Source: Nitrospirota bacterium (GTDB lineage Bacteria; Nitrospirota; Nitrospiria; Nitrospirales; Nitrospiraceae). Taken from it: DNA of 64,000 bases. The stretch is from NCBI GenBank assembly GCA_963701855.1, contig CAVPBK010000006.1, positions 480,001 through 544,000 of the forward strand. Reading direction: 5' to 3'. Of the stretch, positions 20,777 to 33,317 are shown piece after piece. The notes beneath the pieces were generated by a model. The model had not been told where the DNA came from. It saw only the letters and a list, made by a program, of their open reading frames with translations, and ran no database searches. A program made the translations under genes and the position numbers. Within the stretch, counting starts at the first letter, position 1; every line of letters begins with the position of its first letter.

Positions 20777-20843
20777 AGGTCAAGGCTCAGGCCAAGTGAA
20801 ACATCTTCCTAGCCTCCCTCAACCTCGGCCTTAACCTCAGCCT
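20777..20843. repeat. Short-unit (6-bp) inverted tandem array
   Basis: AGGTCA/AGGCTC/AGGCCA units facing AACCTC/GGCCTT/AACCTC/AGCCT units. Confidence 0.55.
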
Positions 20844-22422
20844 ATTCTTTTCTTGTGTACGCCGGCAGGATCATGGGTGATACGATTCCGTTTGAACTGC
20901 CGTGCTTCTTGGCCTCGGCGCGGAAACCCTTCAGATGTCCGACCGTCAACGTCCCTTGCGGCATGCCGGCGGCACGAGCCGCAGCCGTCTGCCCGGAACG
21001 TTTTCCAAAGACCATCAGGTCGAGAAGTGAGTTGCCCATCAATCGGTTCCGTCCGTGCAATCCGCCGGACGCCTCGCCCGCAACGAAGAGATTGTGCACA
21101 TTGGTTTCTGAATTGGTATCGATCTTCACGCCGCCGTTCTGATAGTGCAGCGTCGGGTAGATCAACACGGGGTCTTTGCTGATATCAATGCCGAATCGTT
21201 CGAACTGCATCATCATCGCGGGGAAATGCTTCTCCACGGTGCCGGGACCATGTTCGGCATCGAGCAGCGGGGTATCGAGCCAGACGCCGATGCGCCCGGA
21301 CATCGTGCGGATGCCGCGCCCCTCTTCACATTCCCGGATAATTGAAGAGGACACGACGTCGCGGGTGTCCAATTCGTTCACGAACCGCTCGCCCTTCGCA
21401 TTGACCAAATGTCCGCCTTCGGATCGAATACCCTCCGTCACCAGCGCCCCGATGAGTTGTTCGGGGTAGACCGCGCCGGAAGGGTGATACTGGAACGTAT
21501 CGATGTGCATGAGTTTGGCGCCCATGCGATAGGCCAAACATAGCCCGTCGCCGGTTGCACCGTAGTGATTGCTGGTCGGGAATCCCTGAATGTGGAGCCG
21601 GCCGATCCCGCCGGTCGCCAGGATGACGGACTTGGCTGCGACAACGACATGGCGTTGGTTGTCGAGATCTCTGAAGATCGCGCCGGTGCAGTTCCCCTTC
21701 TCATCACTTGTCAGCTCGACCGCCGCGCAAAATTCAAGTAGCTGTATTTTCTGATTCAGCACCTCGTCTTTGAGCACCCGCATAATTTCAAGGCCGGTAT
21801 AGTCCGAACAGGTCAGGAGTCGCGGTTTCGAACTGCCGCCGCCTTTCTTCACATGGAGGTTGCCATCCCCGTCGCGATCGAACAGCACGCCCAAGCTCAA
21901 TAGCCACTTCGCAATCGAGGGGCCTTCCTCGACCATCACCTTGAGCAGCTGATGGTCGTTCTGCATGTGGCCACCCTTCAGCGTATCCACGAAATGCGTG
22001 ACGGGCGAGTCCTCGGGCGATACCGAAATCTGCATGCCCCCTTGAGCCATCACGCTGTTGGAATCGCCGAGACGGAGCTTCGTCGCGAGGATGACCTTGG
22101 CGCCGGCTGTATGCGCATGGAGCGCCGCCGCGCAGCCGGCACCGCCGCCGCCCACTACCAGGACATCGGTCGTGTAATCGGCCGTCAGATCGAACTCGTC
22201 GGCAATGGAGCTATCGCCCTCCAACAATGATGCCAACTCGACAACCGTCTTATCTCCGCCATTGGGGCCAAAACGGATAGGACGGTAGGCCCGCTCACGA
22301 TAATCCGGATGATATTTGTGGATTAGCTGGTCGCGATCCGCCGGAGAAAACTTGGGAAGAATCTGCTTGCGTCGCGCATCTCGCGTTCCGTGAACGATCT
22401 GTTGTAGGGCGTGGATGTCCAT
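20842..22422 (-). CDS. frdA: Fumarate reductase / succinate dehydrogenase family flavoprotein (soluble type)
   Basis: GGGGAG FAD motif, QYHP, TEGIRSEGG, HYQNGG, LHGRNRLMGNSL; located in the rTCA cluster. Confidence 0.85.
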   Translation of the reverse strand: MDIHALQQIVHGTRDARRKQILPKFSPADRDQLIHKYHPDYRERAYRPIRFGPNGGDKTVVELASLLEGDSSIADEFDLTADYTTDVLVVGGGGAGCAAALHAHTAGAKVILATKLRLGDSNSVMAQGGMQISVSPEDSPVTHFVDTLKGGHMQNDHQLLKVMVEEGPSIAKWLLSLGVLFDRDGDGNLHVKKGGGSSKPRLLTCSDYTGLEIMRVLKDEVLNQKIQLLEFCAAVELTSDEKGNCTGAIFRDLDNQRHVVVAAKSVILATGGIGRLHIQGFPTSNHYGATGDGLCLAYRMGAKLMHIDTFQYHPSGAVYPEQLIGALVTEGIRSEGGHLVNAKGERFVNELDTRDVVSSSIIRECEEGRGIRTMSGRIGVWLDTPLLDAEHGPGTVEKHFPAMMMQFERFGIDISKDPVLIYPTLHYQNGGVKIDTNSETNVHNLFVAGEASGGLHGRNRLMGNSLLDLMVFGKRSGQTAAARAAGMPQGTLTVGHLKGFRAEAKKHGSSNGIVSPMILPAYTRKE

Positions 22423-22431
22423 GACTTAAAT

Positions 22432-22517
22432 CCGTCAATCGTCATTCGTCAAAGGCAATCGTGGGAGCATGCGATGAATTTCCCACCAATGACGGTTAAC
22501 CATTAGACCAATGACGC
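22432..22517. repeat. Family D-type 7-bp inverted array (CGTCAAT / AATGACG)
   Basis: CGTCAAT-CGTCATT-CGTCAAA facing AATGACG...AATGACG. Confidence 0.6.
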
Positions 22518-22518
22518 C

Positions 22519-23229
22519 TCACTTGACGGTTGCGCAGTGATCGGCCAGTTCTTTGTCTGTCATCTTGAGGATCTTGGACCACTCATCATTGAAACGGCCG
22601 TCCTGAATCTCTTGAATGCGCACTTCCAGCCCTAGGGGTTTCTCGGTGAAATGAGCGCCCTGCGCCCGGCTCACATAGAGAGCCACGAGATTGGGGGCGA
22701 TGTCGGCAATACAGACCGGCGTGCACATCCCGCACATGACACAATCCATAAACATCTCGGACACGCTCTTGAAATCTCCGAACACGGCCTTCCAGACTCC
22801 CTCACGCACGTCGATCTGCTGCGGACAGGCTTCAGTGCAGGCGTTGCAATTTCGGCAGAGCGGCGTCTCAGGATAAAGATTGAAGAGATCCTGCTTCGGA
22901 TCTTTGAGCGTCTGCATGTCGTAGGTGGCCTTCCGGGCTGGGAACGGCGGCATCATCGTGATCGACATGCCATCTTGCACCGCCATTTGGCAGGCCAGAC
23001 AGGTCCTCACTTTTGGATCGTCCTTAGTCCGATAGTACGCAGCGCAGGCGCCGCAAAACCCGCCAAGACAGCCGGCTCCACGCACAACTTCCTGCCCCGA
23101 GTACCACAGGGCCTTAATGACTGTGATCCCTTCCGGCACTTCGTACTTCTTGCCGGCGATCTCGACAGTGACCATCTTGTGCCGGATGACTTCCGGCTGA
23201 TCGATGATATTGCTATCTTCTTGCGCCAT
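22519..23229 (-). CDS. frdB: Fumarate reductase-associated iron-sulfur subunit (2Fe-2S plus two 4Fe-4S)
   Basis: GCLGGFCGAC...CLAC, CRNCNACTEAC, CVMCGMCTPVC; immediately upstream of frdA. Confidence 0.8.
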   Translation of the reverse strand: MAQEDSNIIDQPEVIRHKMVTVEIAGKKYEVPEGITVIKALWYSGQEVVRGAGCLGGFCGACAAYYRTKDDPKVRTCLACQMAVQDGMSITMMPPFPARKATYDMQTLKDPKQDLFNLYPETPLCRNCNACTEACPQQIDVREGVWKAVFGDFKSVSEMFMDCVMCGMCTPVCIADIAPNLVALYVSRAQGAHFTEKPLGLEVRIQEIQDGRFNDEWSKILKMTDKELADHCATVK

Positions 23230-23239
23230 TGTCTCCTTC

Positions 23240-23297
23240 GTGAGGCGTAACGGGTTCACGAGCCCATCCCCTCACGCCTCACGCCCTATCTCTAACG
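23240..23297. repeat. Family D-type 7-bp inverted array (CGTGAGG / CCTCACG)
   Basis: CGTGAGGCGTAACG facing CCTCACGCCTCACG. Confidence 0.6.
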
Positions 23298-23301
23298 GTC
23301 T

Positions 23302-25557
<2,256 letters not shown>

Positions 25558-27804
25558 TTAGTTCAACGCATTCAACGCTGAACCGGCCTTGAACCACGCG
25601 ATCTGTTGCTCGGTGATGCTATGGTTCGCCTGAATGGTGAGTGCCGTACCATCCGGCTTATGGATGGTCACTTGCACCGGTTTGCCAGGAGCCAGACTGT
25701 TTAGCCCTGTCACGCTGATGCGATCCTGCTGTTCGATCTTCTCGTAATCCTTCGGGTCAGCAAAGGTCAACGCCAAGATCCCCTGCTTCTTCAAATTGGT
25801 CTCGTGAATGCGGGCAAAGCTCTTCGTGATCACGACGCGAACATTGAGGAACCTCGGCGACATCGCGGCATGTTCCCGACTGCTGCCTTCCCCGTAATTC
25901 TCGTCGCCGACCACGATCGAGCCGATGCCTTTCGCTTTGTACCGGCGCGCGATCTGAGCCATCGTGAGCCCTGCTTCGCCCGTCAAGACATCCGTACCCT
26001 TGCCAGGTTCAGAGAAAAATGCATTGTTTGCCCCCAGGAACATGTTATCGCTGATCTTGTCCAAATGGCCACGGAACTTGAGCCAGGGACCGGCGGGAGA
26101 AATGTGATCGGTTGTCGTCTTGCCCTTGGTCTTGATCAACAGCGGAAGCTTTTCGAAGTCCTTGCCGTCCCAACGCGGGAAGGGTTGCAATAGTTGTAGT
26201 CGCTCGCTGGTCGGCGGAACTTCGACGGTCAAGCCCTCGCCACTGGCTGCCGGCTCCACAAACCCTTCTTCACCCTTGGCGAAACCCTTGGCTGGAAGCT
26301 CTTCACCCACCGGCGGCAGAAACTTGAATTCTTTCCCATCTGCCCCCTTGAGTGTCTGATTCACGGGATCGAAGCCCAGGTCGCCGGTAATGGCGTATGC
26401 TGTCACCACTTCCGGACTGGCGAGGAACGACAAGGTTTCGTTGATACCGTCATTGCGGCCGGGGAAATTGCGGTTAAAAGAGCTGACGATCGAATCCGCT
26501 TTCCCTTTCACGCCATCGGCCCGCTTCCACTGCCCGATGCAGGGGCCGCAGGAATTCGACAGCACCGTGCCTCCTAACTGTTCAAACGTGTCCAAGAACC
26601 CGTCGCGCTTCATCGTATGATAAATGCGCTCGGAACCAGGCGACACGAGAAACGAGGCTTTCGCTTTGAGCCCGGCCTTCAACCCTTGCTGAGCAATGTG
26701 GGCCGAACGGCTGATGTCTTCATAGGATGAATTGGTGCAGCTTCCAATGAGCGCCGCCTTGAGTTGGACTGGATAGCCTTTCTCTTTGGCTTCCGCCGCC
26801 ATCTTAGAGATCGGCCTGGCGAGATCCGGTGTATGGGGCCCAACGACATGGGGCTCGAGCGTCGATAAATCGACTTCGACAATCTGGTCGTAATATTTCT
26901 CTGGCGACTGAGAGACCTCCGGGTCAGCCACCAGCAATGACTTATTAGCAATGGCCAGGTTGGCCAGATCGGCCCGATCCGTGATGTTCAGATAGGCAAC
27001 CATCTTCTGATCGAAGGGAAACACCGACGTTGTGGCGCCCAACTCCGCCCCCATGTTACAGATCGTCCCCTTACCGGTCGCGCTGATGGTTTCGGCGCCA
27101 GGGCCAAAGTATTCGACGATTTTATTCGTCCCGCCCTTCACCGTGAGCAAGCCGCAGAGATAGAGAATCACGTCCTTCGGCGAGGCCCAACCGCTCAACT
27201 TGCCGGTCAGGCGGATGCCGATGAGTTTCGGATGGAGGACTTCCCACGGAAGGCCAGCCATCACTTCGCCCGCATCTGCGCCGCCGACGCCGATCGCTAA
27301 TCCGCCAAGCCCTCCGCCATTTGGCGTGTGCGAATCGGTGCCGATGATCAAGCTGCCGGGAAATGCATAGTTCTCCAGCACAACCTGGTGAATGATCCCG
27401 GCACCCGGCTTCCAGAAGCCAATGCCGTACTTCTTTGCCGCAGAGGCGAGAAAATTATAGACTTCCGCGTTCTCGTCCACTGCGCGGAGCAGATCCTTCT
27501 CAGAGCCCATCTCGGCACGGATCAAATGGTCGCAATGGATGGTGCTCGGCACGGCCACTGTGGCCTTGTTAGCCTGCATGAACTGCAACATGGCCATTTG
27601 GGCCGTCGCATCCTGCATCGCCACGCGATCGGGCCGCAGCGCCAACATCGCCTTCCCGCGCTCCCACGTCTGGGTGTCAAAATTGTCTGCGTGTGAAACC
27701 AGCACCTTCTCCGATAACGTCAGGCCGCGGCCGAATTGCTTCCTGGCCTTGGCGAACACGTCCGGCATCTTCGCATAGAGGTTTTTGGCAAGATTTATCG
27801 ACAT
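25558..27804 (-). CDS. acnA: Aconitate hydratase (AcnA/mitochondrial-like type)
   Basis: DRVAMQDATAQM, HCDH, GSCTNSS, CGPCIGQW, TTDHISPAG, GSSREHAA. Confidence 0.95.
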   Translation of the reverse strand: MSINLAKNLYAKMPDVFAKARKQFGRGLTLSEKVLVSHADNFDTQTWERGKAMLALRPDRVAMQDATAQMAMLQFMQANKATVAVPSTIHCDHLIRAEMGSEKDLLRAVDENAEVYNFLASAAKKYGIGFWKPGAGIIHQVVLENYAFPGSLIIGTDSHTPNGGGLGGLAIGVGGADAGEVMAGLPWEVLHPKLIGIRLTGKLSGWASPKDVILYLCGLLTVKGGTNKIVEYFGPGAETISATGKGTICNMGAELGATTSVFPFDQKMVAYLNITDRADLANLAIANKSLLVADPEVSQSPEKYYDQIVEVDLSTLEPHVVGPHTPDLARPISKMAAEAKEKGYPVQLKAALIGSCTNSSYEDISRSAHIAQQGLKAGLKAKASFLVSPGSERIYHTMKRDGFLDTFEQLGGTVLSNSCGPCIGQWKRADGVKGKADSIVSSFNRNFPGRNDGINETLSFLASPEVVTAYAITGDLGFDPVNQTLKGADGKEFKFLPPVGEELPAKGFAKGEEGFVEPAASGEGLTVEVPPTSERLQLLQPFPRWDGKDFEKLPLLIKTKGKTTTDHISPAGPWLKFRGHLDKISDNMFLGANNAFFSEPGKGTDVLTGEAGLTMAQIARRYKAKGIGSIVVGDENYGEGSSREHAAMSPRFLNVRVVITKSFARIHETNLKKQGILALTFADPKDYEKIEQQDRISVTGLNSLAPGKPVQVTIHKPDGTALTIQANHSITEQQIAWFKAGSALNALN

Positions 27805-27862
27805 GGTGACCTCAATTCAAAATTTACAATTGTTGTTACTTCAACGTCGGGACTTCCCGCAC

Positions 27863-29683
27863 TTATTTCAGCGGCGGCACTTCGCGCCGCTTGGGCGCCG
27901 CATAATTCACCAGATAATCGAATAGCCGGATCAAGCGGCTATCCTGACGCTTCTGATCCACCCAATGCCCGATCAACCCGATCGTGCGTGAAAGAATGAA
28001 GAAGCCGTTCAAGCTATCGACCGGGAATCCAATATCGACGAGCACTGCCGCCATCGTTCCATCAACGTTCAAAATCAGATTGTCTTTCTTCACCGCAGTC
28101 ACCTGCTCCACCTGTAAGGCGAAATCGAGGCAGGGCATCTTGATGTTCAGGCTCTTGACGTATCCGACCAGCTCTTTCACCCGCTTGTCAGGATTGCGCA
28201 AGCTCTTCACACGATGGCCGATTCCCGGCACCGGGCCGACGTTTTTCTTCATATACGCGAGGAAGTCGTCCACGGACATTTTGTTATCGACGGCATACTT
28301 GAACCAGCGGCCAGCATCCGTCACCGCCCCACCGAACCGAGGACCGATCATGATCATGCCAGCCGCCACCGACTGGGACAGACCGATGCCGGCGCAAGCC
28401 GCGAGAATCGTGGCGTAGGCGCCGCTCACGCAGGGACCGTGGTCGGCTGAGAGCATCATAATGCGCTTGATGATTTCAGCTTCCTGCTTGGAGATCAGTC
28501 GTTTATCCCATAGAAGGCCGATGACGTGAGGAATTTCATAGCCCTTGTTGATGAGTTCGGAGGCGGGATAGCCATCGTAGCAGGGCTCTTCGCCACGGTC
28601 GTCGCTGATCGTGGTGCGGATCAATGGAGCCACCATGACTTCGTCGGCTTTCATCGCCTCCTCGATGCTTTTCGGCAGCTTCGGCAGCATAGCCGGCTCC
28701 ACCGGCTCCTTGATCTGGCCTGATCTCAACAACTCCTGATAGGTTTCCTTGATGGCGGGACCCAAGGCGCCGAACGTCGCGGGCACGATTGCGCCGGACT
28801 TCTTCAGAGCATCGGACTTGGAACGGGCCGACCCTTCACCCTTCAACCCTTCCTTGGCGCCGGCGTGGCCAAACTTCATGCCTTTCGGCAAACTTTCCTG
28901 ACAGAAGCCGGAGACGACGGCCATCAACTTCACGCGCCGCTTTTTTGCCCCATACCACTCAGCTGCCCGCTCTTCGAGATCGCCGCCCATTTCACCGACG
29001 ATGACGACTGCCTTCGTTTGCGGATCGTTCTCGAACATTTCTAGATAGCTGACATAGTCGGTTCCTGGATAAGCATCGCCGCCGATCCCGATGGCCGTCG
29101 TGACACCGTCCGCGAACTGCGAGCAGATCCAGATAATTTCGTTGGAGAGACCGCCCGACTTGGTGATGACCCCGAACGAACCTTCGCGGTAAAGCTTCGA
29201 CAGAACCAAGTTGTCGAATGCGCCACCGATGACACCCAACCGGCAGGAGCCGGCTGAGACAATCCCGATCGACGAAGGACCGTTGAAAACCTTGCCGAGC
29301 TTGGTCGCATGACGGCCCAGAATCTTGGCATCTTTTTCCGGCACACCCTCGGTGATCATGGAGACCACTTTGATGTGCGGATCGTCCAAGGCTTCCATCC
29401 CGCCCTTCATGGCCCGATCCGCGCCGATATAGACGAGACTGGTGTTGATCTGGGGATGATTCTTCGTCGCTTCCGCAACGCTCTTATAGATGGGAACGGC
29501 CACTAAGCCGCTGCCATAGGGAATTTCGTGTGTTTTGCCGGCGTCAGGCGGATAGACGAAAGCCAGGACGTTCAACGAACGTTTAATCAGGTAGCAGAAC
29601 TCGGCCATCCGGCGCGCGGCGTTCACGCCCGCGACACCACCCTGAATGACCACATAGGTATCTTTGTTTGCCAGGATACTCAT
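27863..29683 (-). CDS. aclA: ATP citrate lyase alpha subunit
   Basis: SCS-alpha-like N-terminus with FGHAGA fused to a citryl-CoA lyase domain (ADHGPCVSG, PGIGHR, LNVDG). Confidence 0.97.
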   Translation of the reverse strand: MSILANKDTYVVIQGGVAGVNAARRMAEFCYLIKRSLNVLAFVYPPDAGKTHEIPYGSGLVAVPIYKSVAEATKNHPQINTSLVYIGADRAMKGGMEALDDPHIKVVSMITEGVPEKDAKILGRHATKLGKVFNGPSSIGIVSAGSCRLGVIGGAFDNLVLSKLYREGSFGVITKSGGLSNEIIWICSQFADGVTTAIGIGGDAYPGTDYVSYLEMFENDPQTKAVVIVGEMGGDLEERAAEWYGAKKRRVKLMAVVSGFCQESLPKGMKFGHAGAKEGLKGEGSARSKSDALKKSGAIVPATFGALGPAIKETYQELLRSGQIKEPVEPAMLPKLPKSIEEAMKADEVMVAPLIRTTISDDRGEEPCYDGYPASELINKGYEIPHVIGLLWDKRLISKQEAEIIKRIMMLSADHGPCVSGAYATILAACAGIGLSQSVAAGMIMIGPRFGGAVTDAGRWFKYAVDNKMSVDDFLAYMKKNVGPVPGIGHRVKSLRNPDKRVKELVGYVKSLNIKMPCLDFALQVEQVTAVKKDNLILNVDGTMAAVLVDIGFPVDSLNGFFILSRTIGLIGHWVDQKRQDSRLIRLFDYLVNYAAPKRREVPPLK

Positions 29684-29781
29684 CGGGATCTCCCCTTCTC
29701 TTCAATGCTGCGTCTGAGCGATGGATCCTGAACTGAGATGCAGTTTCCGTCTGCTCAACACTCAGGTCTCAGCACTCGGTT

Positions 29782-30978
29782 CTATTTCAGAAGCGCCTTA
29801 TCGACGATATCGGTCAGCGGCGTGTTACGGTCGAAAACATTGATGTCGAACCCTTCGTCCTTGAGCGCGCGCATCGCATCGAGCCCTTCCTTTTCACGCG
29901 GGCCGCCACGGCGCACCCAGATCTTGACGTCCTTGAGCTTGCCTTCGGACTTCGCCTTGCGGAACCCATTGATGATGCCGCCAAACGTCTTCTTCACATC
30001 GGTGAAATTGGCAATAGCGCCGCCGACGATGATGTTCTTGATCCCGGGCAACGAACAGACCTTGTCGGTCAGGACTTCAACCGCCCAGTCGGGCGGATCG
30101 CCGGAGTATTCGGCGTAATTAGCCAACTTGCCGCCGCGGGCGACGACCGCATCGGAATAATAGACACTGGCGCCGCCGCCTGCCGGGAGCATGGCCGTAT
30201 CCCCGCCTGGGATCTCAATAAATTTGACCGAGCCTTTGATCTTAGAGTCAACCGCCATCACTTCCACTTCGTGTTTGGAATAGGCCCGACCAAATTCTGC
30301 GGCAAAGGCAAAATTCCAATCGGGATGCCGAAACTTGGCATCGCCATCGAGCAACGTCACAGCATCCAATGCGATGAGTTCACTCTCGTGCTCGCGTAGG
30401 ACCACGGGGTTCACTTCCAAATACTGCGCGTCTTCGCTGTCGAAACAGGTAAACATCTTGCCCGCGAATTCGGCCATCTTCTTCACAAGCGAACCGGTAA
30501 AACCCGCATCCTTGGCCAGCCTCTCGAGCGTGTCCTCCGAGGGCTGCTGCCCGACCTCCACTGTCAGGCGCTTCACGCGATCCCAATTCGATTCGACTTC
30601 AATGCCTCCGCAGTTGGCGACCAGAATGTCCGTCCCTTCTCGGGTGGATTTCACTGCGCAATAATATTCTTCCTTATGCGGAATCATTTCGGACACGATC
30701 ACTTGTGAGACAGTGATGCTACCCACTTGGCGGCCAATCATTTCCTTGGCCGCCGCTTCCGCCCCTTTCAGATCCAGCCCGACCTTCACCAACCCGAGCT
30801 TGAATCGAGAGCCGAGCGCTTCATGAGCCTTGACCACCAACTTGGATTTCTTGAGCCATTCATTGGCTTGGCCGAGCTTCGTCAATTCGTCAACCGAGGT
30901 GACGACGACATAGTGGGGGACCGTGATGCCCCACTTCTTCATCAGCCCCATCCCGGGACCTTCAAGCACCTTCGCCAT
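29782..30978 (-). CDS. aclB: ATP citrate lyase beta subunit
   Basis: ATP-grasp N-terminus, AGGGASVYYSD, ANYAEYSGDP, GGAIANFTDV, RRGGP. Confidence 0.97.
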   Translation of the reverse strand: MAKVLEGPGMGLMKKWGITVPHYVVVTSVDELTKLGQANEWLKKSKLVVKAHEALGSRFKLGLVKVGLDLKGAEAAAKEMIGRQVGSITVSQVIVSEMIPHKEEYYCAVKSTREGTDILVANCGGIEVESNWDRVKRLTVEVGQQPSEDTLERLAKDAGFTGSLVKKMAEFAGKMFTCFDSEDAQYLEVNPVVLREHESELIALDAVTLLDGDAKFRHPDWNFAFAAEFGRAYSKHEVEVMAVDSKIKGSVKFIEIPGGDTAMLPAGGGASVYYSDAVVARGGKLANYAEYSGDPPDWAVEVLTDKVCSLPGIKNIIVGGAIANFTDVKKTFGGIINGFRKAKSEGKLKDVKIWVRRGGPREKEGLDAMRALKDEGFDINVFDRNTPLTDIVDKALLK

Positions 30979-31024
30979 ATCATCACTCCATCAGAATGGT
31001 GAGAAACAATTATAAAGGAGGAGG

Positions 31025-31053
31025 ATTCTAACGAAATCGGCTGGGGGACTCAA
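31025..31053 (-). promoter_or_regulatory. Putative sigma70 promoter of the acl-acn-icd-frd-suc operon
   Basis: Minus strand TTGAGT-N17-TAGAAT, ~47 nt upstream of aclB. Confidence 0.65.
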
Positions 31054-31190
31054 TACGCCAGAGGGACTAAACGAAGAAGGTTCAAAAGACCTAGTGGAGA
31101 AGACGCCGGACTGACTACGGCCTAAGTGATTGAAACTGTTTGGTAATCAGCATTTTTATCACGGATCACCTCTCATATATGCGACAAAAA

Positions 31191-32030
31191 TTATCTTGAA
31201 GCTCGGTTCGATTGACAGCCTGGACAATAAAATGAACTACGTTCACTTTGGAGACGGCGAATGATCCGTCCGCAGTGGTTGGGACAAGGCTGACCTTCTT
31301 TGCCGTACACGAGATGACGCTGCTTGTAGTGACCTTCCATGCCGTCAGGGGCAAAGAAATCTTTGACACTCGATCCGCCGCAGGAAATCGCCTCACGCAG
31401 TACTGCTTGCATAATGTCATAGAGTTTGAGCATCGTCGCCACGCGCAGTCGACTCACTTCACGGTTCGGATGGAGCCTGGCGCGAAAGAGAATTTCGTTC
31501 GCGTAGATATTCCCAATCCCTGCGATCACTTGCTGATGCATCAAGAGCGGCTTTAACCGTCCACGCCTGGCTTGCATGAGACGGACGAACTCATCCCCCG
31601 GCACCGTGAGGGGATCGACCCCAAAACGTCGAGCACGATAGCGGTCGAGTCCTGCCTGATCGAGCAAGGAAAGCCGTCCGAACCGCCGAGGATTCCAATA
31701 GCGCAACTCTGATTCACGGCTCCCCATGAACGACATGCGGGCATGCACATGCTGCGGGTGTTTCGTCTGTGTCGCGCGAAAGAGAAGGAGGCCGGTCATG
31801 CCCAGCTCCGCGACGACATACCTGAGTTCTCCCTTATTTTTAAACTCCATTGCGACGCTCTTGCCGTATCGCTCTACCCCTTCCAGCGCCGCACCGTGGT
31901 ACCACGAGAGCGTGGACAACCCTTCCCGAATAATATCCGCTCGCCCCACCCAGCACTCATTGAGCTGTGCGCCGAGGAGATGAGTCCGTAGTTGCTGAGC
32001 AACGACTTCAGCTTCCGGCAATTCCGGCAT
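31191..32030 (-). CDS. mutM: Formamidopyrimidine-DNA glycosylase
   Basis: MPELPE N-terminus, RYGK, LGMTG, GIGNIYANE (H2TH), C-terminal zinc finger. Confidence 0.93.
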   Translation of the reverse strand: MPELPEAEVVAQQLRTHLLGAQLNECWVGRADIIREGLSTLSWYHGAALEGVERYGKSVAMEFKNKGELRYVVAELGMTGLLLFRATQTKHPQHVHARMSFMGSRESELRYWNPRRFGRLSLLDQAGLDRYRARRFGVDPLTVPGDEFVRLMQARRGRLKPLLMHQQVIAGIGNIYANEILFRARLHPNREVSRLRVATMLKLYDIMQAVLREAISCGGSSVKDFFAPDGMEGHYKQRHLVYGKEGQPCPNHCGRIIRRLQSERSSFYCPGCQSNRASR

Positions 32031-32153
32031 CGAGAAAGGCCCTCAGTAAAGTGCTCGTATCTGTGCTCTACGATTTTTGATTAGGCCATGGGCGGCACAG
32101 GAAAGGCAATGTGTGAAGAGCTGCTACGAGGAAAAACACTTTCGATACTGTGG

Positions 32154-32609
32154 TTAGGTGCCGGAAACTGGCCGTGAAGCGCGCTTCTTCTTACCCTTCG
32201 CGCGAGCTTCACGTAGAAGACTGACTTTGATGATAGCTTTTTCGAGGTTAGGAAGGGGCATGGCACCGGGACGGCGCCTCATGACCAGTTTCAGGACCTC
32301 ATCATACGTCATCCCTTGGACACAACAGAGATAGGCCATCACAACCGACACAGATCGGCCCATGCCGGCGCGGCAACAGACCATGACCCGATTGTCTGAA
32401 ATATGCTGTTCAACCCAGCTCACGGCTTGGTCCAGCAAGAGCGGCTCAGCTTCGGCATACTCCGTAAACGGAATCCTGCTAGAGATCAACCAATTGGGGG
32501 ACTCCAAGGCATACTCAGCAGCAACAAGGAGCAGTGCGCCAATCTTGACCGGCGGTTCCTTCGCGTCGTTGATATTCCCGACCAATAGATTCTCGGTGAT
32601 CATATGCAT
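32154..32609 (-). CDS. Dual-specificity phosphatase family protein
   Basis: CX5R P-loop VCCRAGMGRS, AYL, RRP...PN. Confidence 0.88.
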   Translation of the reverse strand: MHMITENLLVGNINDAKEPPVKIGALLLVAAEYALESPNWLISSRIPFTEYAEAEPLLLDQAVSWVEQHISDNRVMVCCRAGMGRSVSVVMAYLCCVQGMTYDEVLKLVMRRRPGAMPLPNLEKAIIKVSLLREARAKGKKKRASRPVSGT

Positions 32610-32724
32610 GATGCAGTTAGTATAAGAGCGCCGCTCGCCAGGTCAAGGAAAAATATGACCCCGTTGCAGTCGTTTCGATGCGAACGCTATACTAGTCCAT
32701 ACTTCTGTACAAGGAGCGTCCCAG

Positions 32725-33084
32725 ATGCCGAACCCGACCATGAAAGAAGTGGAAACCAGGCTTGGAACTGTCCAGTGCGCCATTTGTAAGGGATCAAGCT
32801 TTGGAATAGATGAACGCTCTATGCAGGCAGATGGTGAATGGCGAGGCATCTGTAGAAAATGCTACTACACCTTCCCAATATACACAGATATGGAGTTCTA
32901 CCTGCGCACGCAGCCGGATATCCCCTATCGGCTCAAAGAGATGTCCTGTCCGACCTGCAATCAACGAGGCGTAAGCCTCAATTTTCGTATCACCATGTCT
33001 GTCCGAGAATCGATCTATTTCCTGACCTGCACCGCATGCCAGAAAACATACCCGGAGCGTTCCTCCCTGGAAGCGTTTGAATAA
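32725..33084 (+). CDS. Hypothetical double zinc-ribbon protein
   Basis: Four CxxC pairs (CAIC, CRKC, CPTC, CTAC); AAGGAG RBS. Confidence 0.8.
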   Translation: MPNPTMKEVETRLGTVQCAICKGSSFGIDERSMQADGEWRGICRKCYYTFPIYTDMEFYLRTQPDIPYRLKEMSCPTCNQRGVSLNFRITMSVRESIYFLTCTACQKTYPERSSLEAFE

Positions 33085-33122
33085 CTCCCCTTTTCACCCC
33101 CTGCGTGGTGTATACTCTCTGT

Positions 33123-33317
33123 ATGAGTGAGACACCAAAAAGTCCGGTCAAGGCCCCCGAAGCTCCCGCTCCAGAGCCCGCGGCCAAGCCAAGAAAAGAA
33201 ATCCCGCTCATCGCCATTCAAGACGATGGTGACATGATCGCCGAGGAAATGGCCGAGATGTTCGACGAAGACCGGGTGAGTCATCAGCACGGAAGCGCAG
33301 AACCAGAAGCGGATTAA
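33123..33317 (+). CDS. Small acidic hypothetical protein
   Basis: MSETPKSP... ORF; its TAA stop coincides with the end of a family A MITE. Confidence 0.55.
   Translation: MSETPKSPVKAPEAPAPEPAAKPRKEIPLIAIQDDGDMIAEEMAEMFDEDRVSHQHGSAEPEAD

Noticed and set aside
19619..20812. Long antisense ORFs opposite core genes (also 24001-25029, 38157-39308, 3472-4212)
   Set aside because: Shadow frames expected from high-GC codon bias opposite well-supported genes
31123..31137. IHF-like site TAAGTGATTGAA upstream of aclB
   Set aside because: A short degenerate match with no supporting sigma54 or enhancer context
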